Source of the DNA: Eledone cirrhosa | Taxonomy: Eukaryota | Length of the DNA stretch: 64,000 nucleotides | Direction: 5' to 3' | NCBI GenBank assembly: GCA_964016885.1 | Contig: OZ024745.1 | Location: forward strand, 108,934,001 to 108,998,000 | In this document: one piece after another, positions 57,881 through 64,000 of the stretch | How positions within the stretch are numbered: position 1 is the stretch's first letter | How the letters are laid out: the number at the start of each line of letters is the position of its first letter | The notes under the pieces: generated by a model | Database searches by the model: none | Seen by the model: the letters and a program-made list of their open reading frames with translations, nothing else | What the model was told of the DNA's origin: nothing | Program-made: the position numbers and the translations under genes

Positions 57881-58938
57881 ATAAACAAAATATCAGTCTA
57901 GTATTAGGTTCGATTCTCCTTCTATCTCTATCCATCACCCTCCTCTCTCTCTCTCTCCATCACTCCCCCCCCCCTCTCTCTCTCCCTTTCTCTAGAATAA
58001 ATCAGCTGTGTTCCGACCTGGAACGGGATGGGTACCACTAGGTTTAAAATGCCCCAGACACACCGTGTGACAGGAGGGCATCTTCATGACTCCATCAGGG
58101 GTTAAATGTTCTTTGCTTTCTATGCTTTACAGTGGTTGGGTATACACTTCTCTTGATCAAGACTTTCAATATCCCGAGATATATTTTGATGCGATGTTCA
58201 CATTTCTTTACACACTTTATTCATCCAAGGTAAAGGTATATTTGTAATCTTTCAACAACCAATTTTAAGTAAGCAATTAATGAAAGCACACACATACGTA
58301 AATATATATATAACCAGCAACAATCAACTACAATAACAAACAGCAACAATAACCACACTTATAAAGAAGACAAATATACAAAAAATGAACAACAAATACC
58401 AAACCGCTACCTTCTGCCACGCCTAACTACAATCATCTTGATTCTAATGTTAATAAGCAATGGATAGTAGCGTACTCATTTCCGGAGGGTAAAAGTGAGA
58501 ATTCCACATTTACCGAAACACATTCATGGCTATGTCATTATAAGTGGAAATGGAATAAAAAAAAGAGAGAGAGGGGATGGGTGTATATATGTTTACCTGA
58601 GTACATGCATATGTATTCCTGTTGTGTGTAGGGTAGTGCTCGTTGTCACGTAAGTATATATATATATATATATATTGTGTGTGTGTGTGTGTGTGTGCAA
58701 TTAAGACCGTCAATTGCCTTAACTTGAACGTAAATAAATCTACAACAAACCAAAGCTATTCACGAACTCAATCTAACGCAATCCGTAAAACCTACATTCC
58801 ACCCAACTCCCAACATTTACATCACAGTAGTACCCGACGTTGCCCGGGAAAGAGACGACTCAGTGAACAATTTCTTGGAAAATATTAATTGCCTAAATAC
58901 GTTATTTGAAACACGTATATTGTGTGTGTGTGTGTCTA

Positions 58939-58993
<55 letters not shown>

Positions 58994-59465
58994 CTGTAAA
59001 TGTGAGTGTGTATGTGTGTGTGTGTGTGTGTTCTTGCTTTTGTCTCGTCAAATAACTTTCGATACGGTCTTCTCCCCTTAAGCAGATGTTGTTGACTATG
59101 AACCAGTATCCACATTGCGACATCCTTTCCAACACACAACAGTCAATATATTTTGTGGTGAGAACACGCCCAATCACGATTTTTATTGACTCTTTAATAT
59201 AGTTCTCTTCAATTGTTTATATATGCTATATGATATGCATATTATATTATATGTTTACAGATTGCTATTTTCATGCAGAGAAGTGGTTGCATTGTTTTTA
59301 TTACTATATTGCGTCCCTTTACGTTCTGAGATCAAACCGCGCTGAGGTTAGTGTTAACTTTCATCTTTACGGGGTCAATAAAATAAAATACTAGTAACGC
59401 AGTGGGGGGTCGATTTAATCGACTTTCCTCTTCCCTGTAAAGATGTTGGACTTGTGACTAAATCA

Positions 59466-60341
59466 GTGGATTGGCAGTATCGGTAGAGGGTCGGACGCCA
59501 TGCTTTCCAGCATAGTTACGTCCCTTTACGATCTGAGTTCAAATCCCGCCGAGGTTGACTTTGCCTTTCATCCTTACGGGGTCGATAAAATAAAGTACCA
59601 GTAATGCACTGGGCGATTGCTGGCCTTGTGCCTAAAGTAGAAACAATTATTGGTAGAGGGTCGGACGCCTTGATTTGTAGCAAAGAGTTGCGGCCCCTTA
59701 TGGTCTGAGTTCAAATCCCGCCGAGGTTAACTTTGCCTTTCATCCTTACGGGGTCGATAAAATAAAGTACCAGTAATGCACTGGCGGATTGCTGGTTTTG
59801 TGCCTAAAGTAGAAACAATTATTGGTAGAGGGTCGGACGCCTTGATTTGTAGCAAAGAGTTGCGGCCCCTTATGGTCTGAGTTCAAATCCCGCCGAGGTT
59901 AACTTTGCCTTTCATCCTTACGGGGTCGATAAAATAAAGTACCAGTAATGCACTGGGAGATTGCTGGCCTTGTGCCTAAAGTAGAAACAATTATTGGTAG
60001 AGGGTCGGACGCCTTGATTTGTAGCAAAGAGTTGCGGCCCCTTATGGTCTGAGTTCAAATCCCGCCGAGGTTAACTTTGCCTTTCATCCTTACGGGGTCG
60101 ATAAAATAAAGTACCAGTAATGCACTGGCGGATTGCTGGTTTTGTGCCTAAAGTAGAAACAATTATTGGTAGAGGGTCGGACGCCTTGATTTGTAGCAAA
60201 GAGTTGCGGCCCCTTATGGTCTGAGTTCAAATCCCGCCGAGGTTAACTTTGCCTTTCATCCTTACGGGGTCGTTAAAATGGAGTACCAGTAATACACTGG
60301 GATAATTGCTGGCCTTGTGCCAAAAGTAGAAACAATTATTA
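59466..60341 (+). repeat. Head-to-tail SINE array: one near-full copy plus four 172-bp truncated units
   Basis: ggtagagggtcggacgccttg at 59652, 59824, 59996 and 60168. Confidence 0.95.
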
Positions 60342-61212
60342 TTTGTTTCTTTCTTTCTTAGAAAACTCGATTTCATTCGAGAGATCTCAGTTTATAACTG
60401 GAACATCACCGGGAAATAGGTTTTGTGTTACGGTATGATTTTCAAGAACACAATGCTTTCTTAACAGGGGTCCTAAAAAGTCATTGTTTCTGCCCTTCCT
60501 CTTCTGGTTAATCCAGTAAAATCAACAACAAAAGACATCCAAGACCCCCCTCCTCTCTTCTGCGACACCAGAGCTCTTGCCATCTTTTTCTTCTCTCTTT
60601 CTCTCCTTCTCTCTTCTTTTTTATATATATATTTTTTTTTAAAAATATATTTCCCTATTCTTTCTTTCCTTTTGATTCCCCTCCTTTTTTATTATTTCTA
60701 TATTGCCAAAACACTTACTATTTTCAGTTTGCAGTTAATGGATACACTCGATTGAATCATTCTCCTGTACATAACTCTGAAAGGATGAAATCACAGTCGA
60801 ACCCCAGCAAAGATTTGAACTTAGAATTTAAAAGGATACAACGGATAAGCATAATGAATTTTATCCAGCATTTCCTAATTCGGCAATATATGTCCCAGCA
60901 TTGTATGAAGTTAACAAATCAATGAAATGAACTTCAACGTGGTTGCTAGAAAAAGCAAGTAATCTTTCTCTATTAAATTGTATTTACATGATATATTTTT
61001 ACATAGAATAAAAATACCGTTTTGAAAATTTGTCCTTAAACCTCACTTTAATTTTATTTTTAAAAGTACTGTATTATTTTTCAAGCAATACTGACTGAAA
61101 CTAAGGTGAAATGGTCACGGATGTAACGCTTTTCGCCATATTTCTACGCAATCAGAGCTAATCCGTGGTTAAACAACAACAAATAAATAAATGTGCGCGT
61201 TCGTGTGTGTGC

Positions 61213-61244
<32 letters not shown>

Positions 61245-61931
61245 GTGTGGGTGTGTGTGTGTGTTTATGGAGCAATGGTTTAGCTAGATAATATAGGCCA
61301 ATTTTATGTATTTGTGTGTGAATGTGTGTATGGACAAACTAATAATTTGTATTAACTTTAAACAGAACTAAGCCCCCTTTGTATTCACAATCTCAACGTC
61401 TTCGGGACCCTCCATCCATGACCGACCCTGTCTATTTGTTATTTGAACACAGCCACTAGAAACACCACAACGATTACCGCGATTGCCTTCACTTCCTACC
61501 ATTTCCATTGTCAAATATTGCATTTCTCGGAAAGCAGACATCCTGTTTAATACGGGTGAAATTGTTTTGCTACAGTTATAGTTTATGTGTCATGGATATC
61601 GAATGTGTAATCAGATGTGGTTGGCACCTAATATGGTTGGCGCCTAATTTCCTAATGGGTTGGATACTTACTTGCTTGGTAGGTGTTAAGGCAGGAAAAC
61701 ACGATATGAAAGAAGAGGGTCGAATGTCTGTTGTTTAGCCGCAGATCAACCCTGATCAGAGATGTAATCAAAGACATTCCAGATTTGACCACCCAATCTT
61801 TTATTTCGAACATTGTATGCCAAGGACTCTAGCATGCAATGTGGCCAGTAGGTGGTAACCTGAGGGAAATTTGGCTTCTTTTTCTAGCAGGAGAGGCCAC
61901 CCATGGTGCTGGTGACATTTGGTGATATTAT

Positions 61932-62309
61932 TGTTGGAGTATCGGTAGAGAGTCGGACGCCATGCTTTGAAGCATAGAGTTACGGCCCTTGCCATTCTGA
62001 GTTCAAATCCCGCCGAGGTTAACTTTGCCTTTCATCCTTACGGGGGTCGATAAAATAAACTACCAGTAATACATTGGGATAATTGCTGGCCTTGTGCCAA
62101 AAGTAGTAACAATTATTACTGTGGATTGGTAGTGTCGGTAGAGGGTCGGACGCCATGCTTTGACGCATAGAGTTACGGCCCTTGCCATTCTGAGTTCAAA
62201 TCCCACCGAGGTTAACTTTGCTTTTCATCCTTACGGGGTCGATAAAATAAAGTACCAGTAATGCACTGGGATAATTGCTGGCCTTGTGCCAAAAGTAGAA
62301 ACAATTATT
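61932..62309 (+). mobile_element. Tandem SINE dimer
   Basis: Two consecutive short-subtype copies. Confidence 0.9.
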
Positions 62310-62512
62310 GTTGCTTACCTTCAGGACATACCTGATCAAGCAGAGGTACGATATAAGGTGTTCTATAACAATGTTCAGATTTAATGTATCTACAATGACA
62401 ATATTTAAACGGATCGTTTTTTGTTTTTTTATCTAGGTGTTATTTTTTGCATTGTGGTCATATTGTAACAATGTAAATATATTTAATTAGATAATGCTCT
62501 GTTTTCAACATT

Positions 62513-62577
<65 letters not shown>

Positions 62578-62756
62578 TTACTTTTAAGAAAAGTATTATT
62601 TATCCTCAAATTATAAATAACTAAAATATACCATTTTGGTATTTTCAATAATTTGTTAAATTTATTTGATTTATTTTGTAGTATTGTATGTATTTAATTT
62701 TTTTTTTTTTTTAATATATAGAAATTTATTTATGATAAAAACTGTGATAAAAATCC

Positions 62757-62802
<46 letters not shown>

Positions 62803-63269
62803 AAATAGCTGCGGAGAGCACTTTGCAGGGCGTGTATATGTACAAACAGACTTTTACAATCTCAATATATCGAATGGGGAGAAAATCGACCCCAGTGCAT
62901 TACTGGTAGTTTATTTTATCGACTCTGTAAGGGTGAAAATCAAAGCTAACCACGGAATGATTTGAACTCAGAACGTTAAGGGCCATAACTATGCCGCTTA
63001 GCCTGTGGTCCGACGCTCTACCGATTCTGCCAATCCACATCTTTGCAGGATTTTATCCAGAGTGTGTATTTGCTTGAGTTTGTGTCTAAAGTGCGTATAT
63101 GTATGTATTTTGTGTTTTGTATGAGTGGATGTATGTGTCTATGTATGTGTCTATGTATATGTGTGTGTCTATGTATGTGTCTATGTATGTGTCTATGTAT
63201 GTGTGTGTGTCTATGTATGTGGCTATGTATGTGTGTGTGTCTCTCTCTCTCTCTTTCTCTCTCTCTGTT

Positions 63270-63450
63270 GGGCGTGTTTAGTCTACAGGAAGGACACCTA
63301 TGGAGTGCCACTTGGGGTATCTGGGCAGATGGCAGAAATGCGATGCTATGAACAAGTTAAATGGTGGAGTAGGGTGAATTTAGTTGTGTTTGATAAGAAA
63401 TGTCTAGGGATGACAAGAAGGGTTATAACGTTACTGAAGAGTAAAAAATG
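63270..63450 (+). mobile_element. Very decayed RTE-like fragment
   Basis: YG..TW and AEMRC pieces resembling YGxETW...xEMxCxR. Confidence 0.35.
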
Positions 63451-64000
63451 GGAGGTGGGAATTCAGCATAATTAATTATTTCTCATTCTTTCCTAAACAT
63501 ATTACAGGAATGTAAGTAAATGGACATCCGTCGCTTTCGACAATGTATGTTCCATTTGTTCGATCAACGAAACGCCCACTTGTTAAATTAATATATAAGT
63601 GGCTGAGTATTCCACAGACGGCGTACTTTTAACATAAGGATCATAGAGATTCAGTATGATAAAAGTTGTAATAAAACTGGACTTTTGAATTATAAGTATC
63701 GTCAATGTGGTAGGCTTCCAAACAGTCTCCCCCTACTAAATTTTACTCACAAAGCTTGGCTCAACTGGAACCTATGTTAAAGTAGTGGTATCGAACCCTG
63801 AACCTCCTGGTTACGAAGCGAACTTAACCATTCGGCCATGCTCGAATACACGTGCAACACACAGATACATACATACACATACGCTCTCACACAACTATAC
63901 GTACGAGCTGAAGAAGAAGATACCATGTAGTTGCTTGACCTGCTAGAAACAGCAACCAATGTTTCTTCAAAAACTCATTTTGCCGTTATAAGAAAAGGAC

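Overview
Eukaryotic, AT-rich, microsatellite-saturated intergenic or intronic DNA. The repeat repertoire looks like a coleoid cephalopod, most likely Octopus (inference from the SINE families and the (TA)n/(CA)n density, not from a search). No intact host gene is recognisable, and almost all listed ORFs are translations of microsatellites. The window holds: a decayed Tx1/L1-clade LINE (44.4-48.9 kb); a decayed Penelope-like element (PLE) with RT and GIY-YIG remnants and an inverted pseudo-LTR (49.9-52.8 kb); RTE fragments; Tigger/pogo and Chapaev3-like transposase remnants; hAT and Tc1/mariner MITEs; two non-autonomous Helitrons; about 40 copies of one tRNA-derived SINE; and four minisatellites. 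The most interesting signal is a set of non-coding, (TA)n-embedded elements carrying type I hammerhead ribozyme (HHR) motifs. One is a 1.6-mer of a 632-nt HHR-to-HHR unit at 6.07-7.09 kb (retrozyme-like), with a diverged colinear relative at 38.7-39.3 kb. Several tiny foldback elements carry HHR motifs that share an unusual U.U pair at the base of stem II. All folds were read by eye and need computational and biochemical confirmation.
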